Source of the DNA: an uncultured Actinomycetes bacterium | Lineage (GTDB): Bacteria > Actinomycetota > Thermoleophilia > Solirubrobacterales > 70-9 | DNA: 64,000 bases | Direction of reading: 5' to 3' | NCBI GenBank assembly: GCA_963832155.1 | Contig: CAWHTB010000002.1 | Span: 1,024,908 to 1,088,907, forward strand | Part shown: positions 45,779 to 55,719 of the stretch, piece by piece | Position numbering within the stretch: the first letter of the stretch is position 1 | Layout: every line of letters starts with the position of its first letter | Notes under the pieces: generated by a model | Seen by the model: the letters and a program-made list of their open reading frames with translations, nothing else | Database searches by the model: none | Told to the model about the DNA's origin: nothing | Made by a program: the position numbers and the translations under genes

Positions 45779-46207
45779 CTACAAGTTGCGGACTCTCCGA
45801 CCGATCTCCCGATCGAGTGGGTAACCGGCGGACTCCCAGAACCCTCCCGCCACCTCGTCGTCAAAGGCGACCAACGCGGTCACCCGACGGACACCACACT
45901 GGCGTAGGTAGTCCTCGCCGGCCCGCGTCAGCGCCAGCCCGATGCCTTCCCGCCGATACCCATGGCGGACGGCGAGCCGGTACATGTTTCCCCGCCACCC
46001 GTCCCAGGCCGCGATCAGCGCCCCGACGATCTCCCTGCCCTGCTCGGCCACCAATAGAGCAGCGGGAGATTCACCCACCAGCCGCTCAACCTCCTCGAGC
46101 CGATCAACCGTGCTCGCATGCTCACTCCGAGCCTGTGCCCACAGATCCAGTACTGCCGGTACCTCGGACCGCCGACAACGCCGTACGTTGAATCCCTCTC
46201 CCTTCAA
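45779..46207 (-). CDS. GNAT family N-acetyltransferase
   Basis: Acetyl-CoA motif LAVRHGYRREGIGLALTRAGEDYL; TTG start at 46207 is uncertain. Confidence 0.85.
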   Translation of the reverse strand: MKGEGFNVRRCRRSEVPAVLDLWAQARSEHASTVDRLEEVERLVGESPAALLVAEQGREIVGALIAAWDGWRGNMYRLAVRHGYRREGIGLALTRAGEDYLRQCGVRRVTALVAFDDEVAGGFWESAGYPLDREIGRRVRNL

Positions 46208-46220
46208 GTGCGGAGCATAA

Positions 46221-46283
46221 CTCCGCGAATTCCTACACCGCCGGCGTACAACCCCAGCTGCTTGCTGAGGATCTCCTTAGTGA
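46221..46283. repeat. relic copy of the acyl-CoA dehydrogenase 3' end plus flank (imperfect direct repeat of 49209-49260)
   Basis: 46247-46283 is 32/37 identical to 49224-49260. The minus-strand translation is TKEILSKQLGLY versus the gene end MKEILGKQLGL-stop. Confidence 0.6.
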
Positions 46284-46397
46284 ACCGGAGGGTGGGACAA
46301 GCGGGGCGCAGGGGCATCGCGGGGCACGCATTTGCCGCAGATGAACCTTGTTGAGGAAGAGGGCAACGATCTGGTGTGATCGCGTTCTGCTGGTCGG

Positions 46398-46414
46398 TGT
46401 GTCCGGATTGTGTC
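46398..46414. repeat. exact 17-mer TGTGTCCGGATTGTGTC (copy 1)
   Basis: Identical 17-mer in the same orientation at 49158-49174. Confidence 0.75.
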
Positions 46415-46436
46415 GTCGCTGCCGCACCCATTTTGC

Positions 46437-46466
46437 GCGGGTTCGATTGAGCACCCGCTGGTTTTT
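46437..46466 (+). terminator. intrinsic-terminator-like hairpin with no upstream plus-strand gene
   Basis: GCGGGT-tcgattgagc-ACCCGC followed by TGGTTTTTC. Confidence 0.3.
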
Positions 46467-46482
46467 CTGCGATTCTGAGCCG

Positions 46483-47188
46483 ATGGACTGGCTGCGCGGT
46501 CGCAGGAAGCGCAACACGATTTCGGCCGACCCGGGATCTGCGTCGTTTGATCTCGACGCTCCAGGTTCTCGGTTCACGATGAGTCTCGCTCTCGCGGTCG
46601 GGCTTGGCCCGGAATGGATGGAGCACTCGGAGGGCAAGAAGAACTTCGCTCGCACAGCCGTGGCGGAAGAGCTGGGTGAGCCGTGGCTTGCGCGAGATCC
46701 CGACCTTGGAAAGGTGAAGGTCCTCGATGGCAGTGTTGGCCGAGGTGCTTCTGGTTGGATCCCCGTGCTGGAATGGTTCGGTCTGCAAGCGGCGGGGGGG
46801 GCTCGTCGGCCTTGCGGCAGGTCAAGCCGCCAGAGAGGGAATACGGCGAATTCGCGAGAAAATTCGAGAAGCGAAAGCTTCTGGACACGGCCCCCTCGTC
46901 TCTCGCGGATTGGCTGCCGCTCTCGCGACGGAGCACGTCTTCGAGAGCACCGATGAGACCCAGGTACTTCACGTCGAGTTCGCCCAGGAGCCGTCGGTTT
47001 TGGGAGGTCGAGCCCCCACGGAGACGAGCTACACCGGGCTAGAGCCCTGGATCATCTCGCTCGTCAATGGGTCTCGGCGGATTCGATATGTCCTGGTTGT
47101 TGCACCCGACGGCGACGTGCAGGGTTGCATCATGGCCCCTGCCGGGGAGTTCGATCCAATGTTCGGCCTCCTGCGCCCGACTGAATAG
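46483..47188 (+). pseudogene. hypothetical gene split by a frameshift in a G8 homopolymer
   Basis: Frame 1 (MDWLRG...LEWFGLQAAGG) and frame 2 (GLVGLAAGQAAREGIRRIREK...FGLLRPTE) join if one G is removed from the G8 run at 46794-46801. Confidence 0.45.
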
Positions 47189-47217
47189 GCGTAGGAGGTT
47201 CGGTCACCTGGGAAGCG

Positions 47218-49077
47218 TTAACCCTCTCCGGGCATTGAGACGCCCGCCGCCCGCATCGCCACGCCCAGGTTGTGGCGTGCATTCTCTGGCAGAAGCTTTG
47301 AATTTGCCTTAAGGAGGAGAGCGAGTACCTGCCCGGCTTCGGTTCTCGCGGATGGAAAGCCAACTCCTTCGAGCCACGTGAGGTGGTTCCGGAGGAACTC
47401 ACTCAGCTGGTCAAGATCGCCTTCCTCTAGGAGCGCGGAGACGACAAGCGTGTCCACCGTCGGCAGGATTCTGTTGGTCTTCTCGATTCGGCCGGCGAGC
47501 AGAACCCAGAGTCGAGCGACACGGGCATCGCCCGCTACGAGAGCCTGCCGACCCAGGAATGGTGCGAGCCAGGGATCCTCTGGTCGCTTCCTTTTCCACA
47601 ACCGGAGCGCAGGGCTGGCAAGTAGAGGCTGACGATGGATCAGCCACCACAATCTGGCCCTCCAACCGTCTGGCAGGGTTGGAAGTAGCCGCGGTATCCC
47701 AAGCAAAGACCGGGCGTTGCGGGCTGCGAACATCGCCGCCGAATTGGCCCTCAGTTCCTTCCGGTAGTACCTGAGTGCCTCCTTTCGATGGCCGAGGGCT
47801 GCATAGCAATCGCCGATTTGCCAGCTTTGTGGCGATCCCCGCCTGGATGCCGCCTTGTAGTTGGCAAGCGCAGCGGCGGGTTCACGTCGTTCCCAGGCAA
47901 TGTTGGCGCGCAGCCTTGGATTCCCCGGGTTGTCAGGGTCACTCTCCAAGACCTGGGCAATGAGCTCCTCAGCCCCAAGCAGGTCGTGCGCCTCTACTGC
48001 TCCTGCGGCCACGTTGAGGAGCACGTTTGGATCGTCCGGAAATCGACTCCCTATCTCCTGCAATTTCGTGTACGCGTCACTGCGGGAAATCCGGCGCTCG
48101 ACGCTTGCTGCGAACCACTGGTTCTGGACCCAAATGGCGTAGTCGACGCTAGAGATCTCGTTGATGCAGAGATCGTGTACGTAGCGGAGAACCGATTCGT
48201 GATCGTCGCCGAGACCAAGTCTTGCGAGCGCCTCGAGAATCGCGGTTCGCCCGCGAAGGTTTGGGCTGAGGTCTTCGTCCTCTGGGTCTGGGATGACCAG
48301 TATCCGTGGGTCCTCAGCCTCTCGCTCGACTACAAGTTCGCTCGCGAGCACGCCAGCGATTTTCCCAAGGACCTTGAAGTGGGGGACCTTATTGGTGGCT
48401 GCAACGAACTGAGCTAGATCGGTTCCACCGTCTATGTCGTGGCTGGCCGTCATCGTGGGAACGGTTCGGAGTCTGGTCATCAATGGGGGCTTTTCATCAT
48501 GGACCAGCAGCGAGAACTCATATTTGGTCAGGTGAACATCGGGCCGGCCCTCTCGGAAGTGAGCCCACCACTCCCATCGACTGACACCTGCTGCGGCATC
48601 ACCGGTGCCCCGAATGACCATCAGAGCACGCGAAAGCCGCAGCAAACGTTCTGCTTGTGCGTCCGAGAGAGGCAGCGCAATCTGCCTGACCCGAAGTGGT
48701 CCCACTTTGTCGAGATACTCGGTTTCGTCGAAGAAACGGGCCAGCGCGCCAAAATGCGTTTCTGCTGCTTCCCGACCGACAGCCGAGCGAGCTTTGAACT
48801 GGCTCACGAAGACAATTGGCTCGCCTCCCCGGCCCAGCCACCCCCAGTGCCCGAGAACCGCACCGACCACCCCAGCGGGAACCAACAGAGCTGCGCCGAC
48901 CAAGGGCGGAAGCAACAACCAAGCGGCGATGTTGCTCACGAGAAGAAGCACAAGGGCCGCTAGCCACAGGCGCCGTGAGAAAAGGAAGGGCCGCTTAAAA
49001 AGCCAGAGGAATGCCGACAGAGCAACGCGACCAAGAGCAGCGAAGATTCCGCCTGGTAGGGGAAGTTCCGACATCAC
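47218..49077 (-). CDS. membrane-anchored TPR-repeat protein
   Basis: 619 aa. N-terminal hydrophobic helices (LWLAALVLLLVSNIAAWLLLPPLVGAALLVPAGVVGAVL), an unassigned central region, and C-terminal TPR-like repeats (e.g. IGDCYAALGHRKEALRYYRKEL). Lower GC than the genome background. Confidence 0.7.
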   Translation of the reverse strand: MMSELPLPGGIFAALGRVALSAFLWLFKRPFLFSRRLWLAALVLLLVSNIAAWLLLPPLVGAALLVPAGVVGAVLGHWGWLGRGGEPIVFVSQFKARSAVGREAAETHFGALARFFDETEYLDKVGPLRVRQIALPLSDAQAERLLRLSRALMVIRGTGDAAAGVSRWEWWAHFREGRPDVHLTKYEFSLLVHDEKPPLMTRLRTVPTMTASHDIDGGTDLAQFVAATNKVPHFKVLGKIAGVLASELVVEREAEDPRILVIPDPEDEDLSPNLRGRTAILEALARLGLGDDHESVLRYVHDLCINEISSVDYAIWVQNQWFAASVERRISRSDAYTKLQEIGSRFPDDPNVLLNVAAGAVEAHDLLGAEELIAQVLESDPDNPGNPRLRANIAWERREPAAALANYKAASRRGSPQSWQIGDCYAALGHRKEALRYYRKELRANSAAMFAARNARSLLGIPRLLPTLPDGWRARLWWLIHRQPLLASPALRLWKRKRPEDPWLAPFLGRQALVAGDARVARLWVLLAGRIEKTNRILPTVDTLVVSALLEEGDLDQLSEFLRNHLTWLEGVGFPSARTEAGQVLALLLKANSKLLPENARHNLGVAMRAAGVSMPGEG

Positions 49078-49157
49078 GCGCAGGCTAGCGGTGTGCCTTA
49101 TTCGATACCCGCGAATCCCTCGGACTGCTTTGCTTGGGTCGAGCAGGCACGGCGCGA

Positions 49158-49174
49158 TGTGTCCGGATTGTGTC
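49158..49174. repeat. exact 17-mer TGTGTCCGGATTGTGTC (copy 2)
   Basis: Identical to 46398-46414. Confidence 0.75.
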
Positions 49175-49208
49175 CGCCTAGCGCCGAGGGCAACTCAGAA
49201 CTCTAGAA

Positions 49209-49260
49209 AGCCCCGCAAATCCTTACAACCCCAGCTGCTTCCCTAGGATCTCCTTCATGA
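49209..49260. repeat. 3' end and flank of the acyl-CoA dehydrogenase gene (partner of the relic at 46221-46283)
   Basis: See 46221-46283; includes the last 12 codons of the gene at 49223..50401. Confidence 0.6.
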
Positions 49261-50401
49261 TCTCGTCGGTGCCGCCGCCGATTGGGCCGAGGCGGGCGTC
49301 GCGGACGGCGCGCTCGATGCCGTACTCGCGCATGTAGCCGTAGCCGCCGTGGATCTGGAGGGACTGGTCGGCGATCTCTAGGACGCCGCGCTGGGTGATC
49401 AGCTTCGCCATCGTCACCTCTTTGATGCAGTCCTGGCCGGTATGGAAGAGGCGCAGGGCGTCGTAGGTGAGGGCGCGGGCCACGTCGGCCTGGGTCGACA
49501 TCTCGGCGACCTGGTGGCGGACCGTCTGGAATTTGCCGATCGGGCGGCCGAAGGCCTGGCGCTCGAGGGCGTAGTTGACGGTGATCTCGATCAGGCGCTG
49601 CATCGCCCCGACGGCCCCGATCGCCATCAGCAGCCGCTCCCAGGCGAAGTTGGCCATGATCAGTTTGAAGCCGCCGTTCTCCTCGCCGAGCAGGTTCTCG
49701 GCCGGGACCTCGACGTCGGTGAAGGAGAGCTCGCCGGTGTCGGAGGAGTGCCAGCCCATCTTCTCCAGCTTCTGCGCGACCTCGTAGCCGGGCATCTCCC
49801 GCTCGAGGACGAGGAAGGAGATGCCATGGTGGCCGCCCTCCTGGGTCGTCTTGCAGGCGCAGACGAGGAAATCCGCGCGAACACCGTTGGTGATGAAGGT
49901 CTTGGCGCCGTTGACCACGTAGCCGTCGCCCACCCGCTCGGCCGTGGTGGTGATGCCGGCGACGTCGGAGCCGGCGCCGGGCTCGGTGACCCCGAGGGCG
50001 CCGATCTTCTCGCCGGCGATCCCGGGAACGAGCCACCGCTGCTTCTGCTCTTCGGTGCCGAAGTTGAAGATCGGCGGCATCGCGATCGAGGCGTGGGCGT
50101 TGAGTCCGGCGGCGACGCCGCCGGAGCCGCCGGAGCGGGCCAGCTCTTCGACCCAGATGGCGTCGTGCAGGTGGGTGCCGCCCTGGCCGCCGTACTCCTC
50201 CGGGAACTTCAGCCCAAGGAAACCGAGCTCGGCGCAGCGCGAGTACAGCTCACGAGGGAATTCCCGCGCCGCCTCCCACTCGTCGACGTTGGGGGCGATC
50301 TCCTTGGAGACGAAGCGGCTGACGGTCTCCCGCAGCTCCTCGTGCTCCTCGCCGAACGGCGGCGGCGTCGCCCGCCGGCCAGTGTCCTTGACGACCGTCA
50401 C
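49223..50401 (-). CDS. acyl-CoA dehydrogenase
   Basis: 392 aa. Typical ACAD blocks (GVTEPGAGSD, FITNG, IHGGYGYMREYGIERAVRDARLGPIGGGTDEI); GTG start overlaps the upstream stop. Confidence 0.95.
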   Translation of the reverse strand: MTVVKDTGRRATPPPFGEEHEELRETVSRFVSKEIAPNVDEWEAAREFPRELYSRCAELGFLGLKFPEEYGGQGGTHLHDAIWVEELARSGGSGGVAAGLNAHASIAMPPIFNFGTEEQKQRWLVPGIAGEKIGALGVTEPGAGSDVAGITTTAERVGDGYVVNGAKTFITNGVRADFLVCACKTTQEGGHHGISFLVLEREMPGYEVAQKLEKMGWHSSDTGELSFTDVEVPAENLLGEENGGFKLIMANFAWERLLMAIGAVGAMQRLIEITVNYALERQAFGRPIGKFQTVRHQVAEMSTQADVARALTYDALRLFHTGQDCIKEVTMAKLITQRGVLEIADQSLQIHGGYGYMREYGIERAVRDARLGPIGGGTDEIMKEILGKQLGL

Positions 50402-50850
50402 GCGGGGCTTTCCTCGCTCTTAGTAGGAGCCGTCCAGTCCTCGAGCATCCTGTAGCCGCGCGCCTTGTGGTCGAAGCCGAGCAGGTCGCCCTGGGGATTC
50501 TTGGGTCCGCCGTGGTGGTAGGCACGCACCTCAGCGATCTTGCCGTCGCGGATCAGGAACCACTCGGTGCCGCGGTCGAGCCGACGCTCGCCGCTCTTGG
50601 GATCGCGCCAGGTCATCGTCCACTCGATTACCACCTGGTCGCCTTCCTCGATCACGTTCTCGATGTACCACTGGGCGTCGATCGTCGATACCCCCAGCGC
50701 CGCATAGTCGCCGATCGTCTTCGCTCCCTCGTGCGGGCCGAGCCGGGTGTAGTAGTGGACGGCGTCGTCGGTGAAGTGGGCCGTGACCCCCGCGGCATCG
50801 CCCGTATTGAGGGCTTTGTAGTAGGCCTGGACGCGCTCGGTGCCAGTCAT
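50398..50850 (-). CDS. NTF2/SnoaL-like (ketosteroid isomerase-like) protein
   Basis: 150 aa; YYKALNTGDAAGVTAHFTDDAVHY...IRDGKIAEVRAYH. Confidence 0.75.
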   Translation of the reverse strand: MTGTERVQAYYKALNTGDAAGVTAHFTDDAVHYYTRLGPHEGAKTIGDYAALGVSTIDAQWYIENVIEEGDQVVIEWTMTWRDPKSGERRLDRGTEWFLIRDGKIAEVRAYHHGGPKNPQGDLLGFDHKARGYRMLEDWTAPTKSEESPA

Positions 50851-50922
50851 AGGACGAAGGTGCTACAAAGAATTTGCAGACAACGCGTTTCGCGTGCGCT
50901 TTTCTTCTCTAGCGTGCTATCC

Positions 50923-51123
50923 ATGGAGCGGACGATGTGGACCGACGAGCGACTTGACGATCTCTCACACCGGGTCGACGCCGGCTTTGACCGAGTCGAC
51001 AAGGACATCCGGGAGCTGCGCGCAGACGTCGGCTCCCTCCGGCTGGCGATCTTCCAGGTAGGAGGAGGCTTGGGCATCGGCCTGATCGGCGTCATTGCCT
51101 CGATCCTCATCAGCGGCGGCTAG
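50923..51123 (+). CDS. small tail-anchored membrane protein
   Basis: 66 aa from ATG 50923: a charged coiled-coil-like N-part, then GGGLGIGLIGVIASILISGG. The upstream part of the track ORF is shadow of the minus-strand gene. Confidence 0.4.
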   Translation: MERTMWTDERLDDLSHRVDAGFDRVDKDIRELRADVGSLRLAIFQVGGGLGIGLIGVIASILISGG

Positions 51124-51140
51124 CTAGAGAGCAACTGGGC

Positions 51141-52358
<1,218 letters not shown>

Positions 52359-52444
52359 GTATCTCTCCCTCGCTCGTGTTCTCCTAAAAGCCGAGTAGAC
52401 AGTAGCACTTCCTACTTTCAGCTTGGTCGGCTATCGTTGCCGCC

Positions 52445-53236
52445 GTGAGCACCGAGAGCTACGAGCTGGTCGCCTACGAGGTCACCGACGGCGTCGCCAC
52501 GGTGACGCTGAACAACCCGGAGAAGCGCAACATGCTCTCCGGGCAGATGCTGACCGAGCTGGTGTCGGCGATGAAGCAGGCGCGCGACGCCGAGGAGGTC
52601 CGCGCCGTCGTCCTCACCGGCGCGGGGGACAAAGCCTTCTGCGCCGGCGCCGACCTCGGTGGCTTCGCGGCGGAAGTGCCGCTGGTCGCCAAACACTTCG
52701 CCTCCGACCTCTTCCTCGAGTTCTTCCGGCTGATGCCGCGGCTCGGCAAGCCCTCGCTCTGCGCGGCCAACGGGCACGTGCTGGCGGGGGGGATGGGGCT
52801 CGCCCTCTCCTGCGACCTGGTGATCGCCAAGGAGGGCGCGACCTTCGGCACGCCGGAGATCAACGTCGGCGCCTTCCCCTACATGATCATGGCGATCATC
52901 TACCGCAACGTCCCGCGCAAGAAGGTCAACGAGATGATGCTTCTGGGCGAGCGGTTGAGCGCGGAGCAGGCGGTCGAGTTCGGCCTCGCCAACAAGGTCG
53001 TCCCGGCCGCGGAGTTCGACGCGGCGGTGGCCGAGTGGGCGGGCAAGCTCGCCTCCAAGAGCCCGGTCCTGATGCGGCTCGGCCACGACGCGATGTACCG
53101 CCAGCAGGACATGGCCGTCGACGACGCGCTCGACTACCTGCGCTCCCAGCTCTCCCTCACCTTGAGCACCGAGGACATCGTCGAGGGCGTCACCGCCTTC
53201 TTCGAGAAACGCGAGCCGCAGTGGAAGGGAAGGTAA
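52445..53236 (+). CDS. enoyl-CoA hydratase/isomerase
   Basis: Crotonase motifs FCAGADLG and NGHVLAGGMGLALSCDL; stop overlaps the next start (TAATG). Confidence 0.9.
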   Translation: MSTESYELVAYEVTDGVATVTLNNPEKRNMLSGQMLTELVSAMKQARDAEEVRAVVLTGAGDKAFCAGADLGGFAAEVPLVAKHFASDLFLEFFRLMPRLGKPSLCAANGHVLAGGMGLALSCDLVIAKEGATFGTPEINVGAFPYMIMAIIYRNVPRKKVNEMMLLGERLSAEQAVEFGLANKVVPAAEFDAAVAEWAGKLASKSPVLMRLGHDAMYRQQDMAVDDALDYLRSQLSLTLSTEDIVEGVTAFFEKREPQWKGR

Positions 53237-54831
53237 TGGCGAGCACCGAGCAAGAGCCGAGGGATCTGCTGCCGGGCACTGCGCCGCTCGGCGATCTGAC
53301 CGACCAGCTGCACGAGCGGCGCGAGAAGGCGAAGCTCGGCGGCGGCGAGGAGAAGATCGCCAAGCAGCACGAGCGCGGCAAGCTGACCGCCCGCGAGCGG
53401 ATCGATCTGCTGGTCGACGCCGGGACTTTCGTCGAGCTGGGCGTCCACGGCCGCCCGCACTTCGCCCAGCGGGCGATGGAGGGGGTCGACGCGCCGGCCG
53501 ACGGCGTCGTCACCGGTTGGGGGGACGTCGACGGACGCGCCTGCTGCATCGCCGCCTATGACTTCACCGTGATGGCCGGCTCGATGGGGATGACCGGCGA
53601 GCTGAAGGTGACGCGGCTGCGCGAGATGGCGCTGCAGAAGCGGATGCCGTTCATCTGGCTGCTCGACTCCGCCGGCGCCCGGATCCAGGAGGCGTCCGGC
53701 TCGCTCTTCGCCGGCTCTGGCCACCTCTTCCGCGAGGAGGTCGAAATGTCGGGGGTGATCCCGATGGTCGCGGCGATGATGGGTCCCTGCGCCGCCGGCA
53801 CCGCCTACATCCCGGCGCTCTCGGACTTCGTCCCGATGGTCTCCGGCCAGGGCGCGATGGCGCTCGCCGGGCCGCACCTGACCAAAGCCGTCACCGGCGA
53901 GGACATCACGATGGAGGAGCTGGGCGGGGCCAAGGTCCACTGCCGCAAATCGGGAGTGGGGGACCTCGAGGTCAAAGACGACGAGGAGTGCATCCGCGTC
54001 GTCCGCGACTACCTCTCCTACTTCCCGCCCAACTGCGAGCAGAAGCCGCCGATCCGCGAGAGCGCCGACCCGGTAGACCGGATGTCGGAGAAGCTGATGG
54101 AGATCGTCCCCGAGTCCTCGCGCCAGCCCTACGACATGTACGACGTGATCCGCGAGATCGTCGACGACGGCGAGTTCTTCGACATCAAGCCGAAGTTCGC
54201 CCGCACCCTGATCACCTGCTTCGCTCGCTTCGGCGGCCAGCCGGCCGGGATCGTCGCCAACCAGCCCAAGCACCTGGCCGGGATCCTCGACAACGACTCC
54301 TCCGACAAGGCGGCGCGCTTCATCAACCTCTGCGACGCCTTCAACATCCCGCTCGTCTTCCTCCAGGACGTTCCCGGCTTCATGGTCGGCTCAAAAGTCG
54401 AGCACGCCGGGATCATCCGCCACGGCGCGAAGATGCTCTACGCGGTCAGCCGCGCCACCGTGCCGAAGGTGACCGTCGTCGTCCGCAAGGCCTACGGGGC
54501 CGGCTACTACGTGATGTGCGGCAAGGCGTACGAGCCCGACCTGATCGTCGCCTGGCCGGGGGCGGAGATCTCGGTGATGGGCGCCGAGGGCGCGGTCAAC
54601 ATCATCGGCCGCTCAGCGATCGAGGCCTCCGACGATCCCGACGCGACCCGCGAGGAAATGCTGAATGCGGTGCGCCAGCAGATCGACCCTTACATCGCCG
54701 CCGGGAACGCGGTGATCGACGACATCATCGACCCGCGGGAGACCCGGCCGACGATCGTCAAAGCGCTGCGGATGGCGCGGAACAAGCACGTGGAGAAGCC
54801 GAAGAAACGCCATGGAGTAATGCCCGTATGA
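53236..54831 (+). CDS. acyl-CoA carboxylase carboxyltransferase (beta) subunit
   Basis: 531 aa from ATG 53236. HERGKLTARERIDLL, FTVMAGSMG and later carboxyltransferase blocks as in PccB/AccD5. Confidence 0.9.
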   Translation: MASTEQEPRDLLPGTAPLGDLTDQLHERREKAKLGGGEEKIAKQHERGKLTARERIDLLVDAGTFVELGVHGRPHFAQRAMEGVDAPADGVVTGWGDVDGRACCIAAYDFTVMAGSMGMTGELKVTRLREMALQKRMPFIWLLDSAGARIQEASGSLFAGSGHLFREEVEMSGVIPMVAAMMGPCAAGTAYIPALSDFVPMVSGQGAMALAGPHLTKAVTGEDITMEELGGAKVHCRKSGVGDLEVKDDEECIRVVRDYLSYFPPNCEQKPPIRESADPVDRMSEKLMEIVPESSRQPYDMYDVIREIVDDGEFFDIKPKFARTLITCFARFGGQPAGIVANQPKHLAGILDNDSSDKAARFINLCDAFNIPLVFLQDVPGFMVGSKVEHAGIIRHGAKMLYAVSRATVPKVTVVVRKAYGAGYYVMCGKAYEPDLIVAWPGAEISVMGAEGAVNIIGRSAIEASDDPDATREEMLNAVRQQIDPYIAAGNAVIDDIIDPRETRPTIVKALRMARNKHVEKPKKRHGVMPV

Positions 54832-55715
54832 GCTCCTTCGGCGACCCGGTGATCATCAGCTGCTCGATCAGCGGGGTGATCGCCAACCGCGACCAGTGCC
54901 CGGCGATCCCATACACGCCGGAGGAGTACGCGGCGGAGGCGCGGCGGGCGGTCGACGAGGGCGCTTCGCAGATCCACATCCACGCCCGCAAACCGGACGG
55001 GACGCCGTCGTATGAGATCGAGGACTTCAAGGCGATCACCGAGGCGATCCTGGCCGAGGTCGGCGACGTGATCGTCAACTACTCGACCGGCGCGATCGGG
55101 ATCCCGGTCGAGAAGCGGCTGGAATACCTGCGGGCCATGCGCCCCGACGTCGCCGCTCTCAACATGAGCTCGATGAACTACGCCAAGTACTCGCCCCGGC
55201 GCAAAGACTTCGTCTTCAACACGGTGTTCGAGAACAGCTTCGACACGATCATCGAGTTCCTCACCGAGATGCGGGAGCTGGGGATCAAGCCCGAGCACGA
55301 GTGCTTCGACTCCGGCCACGTCGCCAACCTCGACCCGCTGGTCGACATGGGGCTGCTGGAGCCGCCGCTGCAGATCTCGTTGGTGATGGGGGTGACCGGC
55401 GGCATCCGCCCGACGCCGCGCAACGTCAACCTGATGTCCGACCAGATCCCCGGCGGCCCCGAGGGGCCGAACCAGTGGCAGGTGATCGGGATCTCCCGCG
55501 ACCAGTGGAAGCTGCTCGCCTCCTCGCTGGTGCTCGGCGGCAACGTCCGCGCCGGGGTCGAGGACAACCTCTACCTGCCTAACGGCGAGATGGCGAAGTC
55601 CAACGGCGACCTGATCGCCAAGGCCCGCCAGATGGCGGAAGACATCGGCCGGCGGCCGGCAAGCGTGGCCGAGGCGCGCGACCTCCTGGGAGTGCCGCGC
55701 CGGGCCGAGGCCTAG
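54828..55715 (+). CDS. BKACE family enzyme (3-keto-5-aminohexanoate cleavage enzyme-like, DUF849)
   Basis: ATGA overlap with the carboxyltransferase. IPYTPEEYAAEARRAVDEGASQIHIHAR, HECFDSGH and GNVRAGVEDNLYL match the family pattern. Confidence 0.85.
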   Translation: MSSFGDPVIISCSISGVIANRDQCPAIPYTPEEYAAEARRAVDEGASQIHIHARKPDGTPSYEIEDFKAITEAILAEVGDVIVNYSTGAIGIPVEKRLEYLRAMRPDVAALNMSSMNYAKYSPRRKDFVFNTVFENSFDTIIEFLTEMRELGIKPEHECFDSGHVANLDPLVDMGLLEPPLQISLVMGVTGGIRPTPRNVNLMSDQIPGGPEGPNQWQVIGISRDQWKLLASSLVLGGNVRAGVEDNLYLPNGEMAKSNGDLIAKARQMAEDIGRRPASVAEARDLLGVPRRAEA

Positions 55716-55719
55716 GCAA

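Noticed and set aside
46431-46460. tRNA-like T-arm (GGGTTCGATT...) suggesting a tRNA relic at the islet edge
   Set aside because: The loop would be 10-12 nt rather than 7, and no acceptor or anticodon arm can be built. It is better described as a simple hairpin followed by a T-run.
52359-52444. Candidate MerR operator in the divergent promoter region of the catabolic cluster (AGTAG-N13-CTACT)
   Set aside because: The arms are only 5 bp with a long spacer, which is not distinguishable from chance by eye. It is left as a place to look rather than a call.
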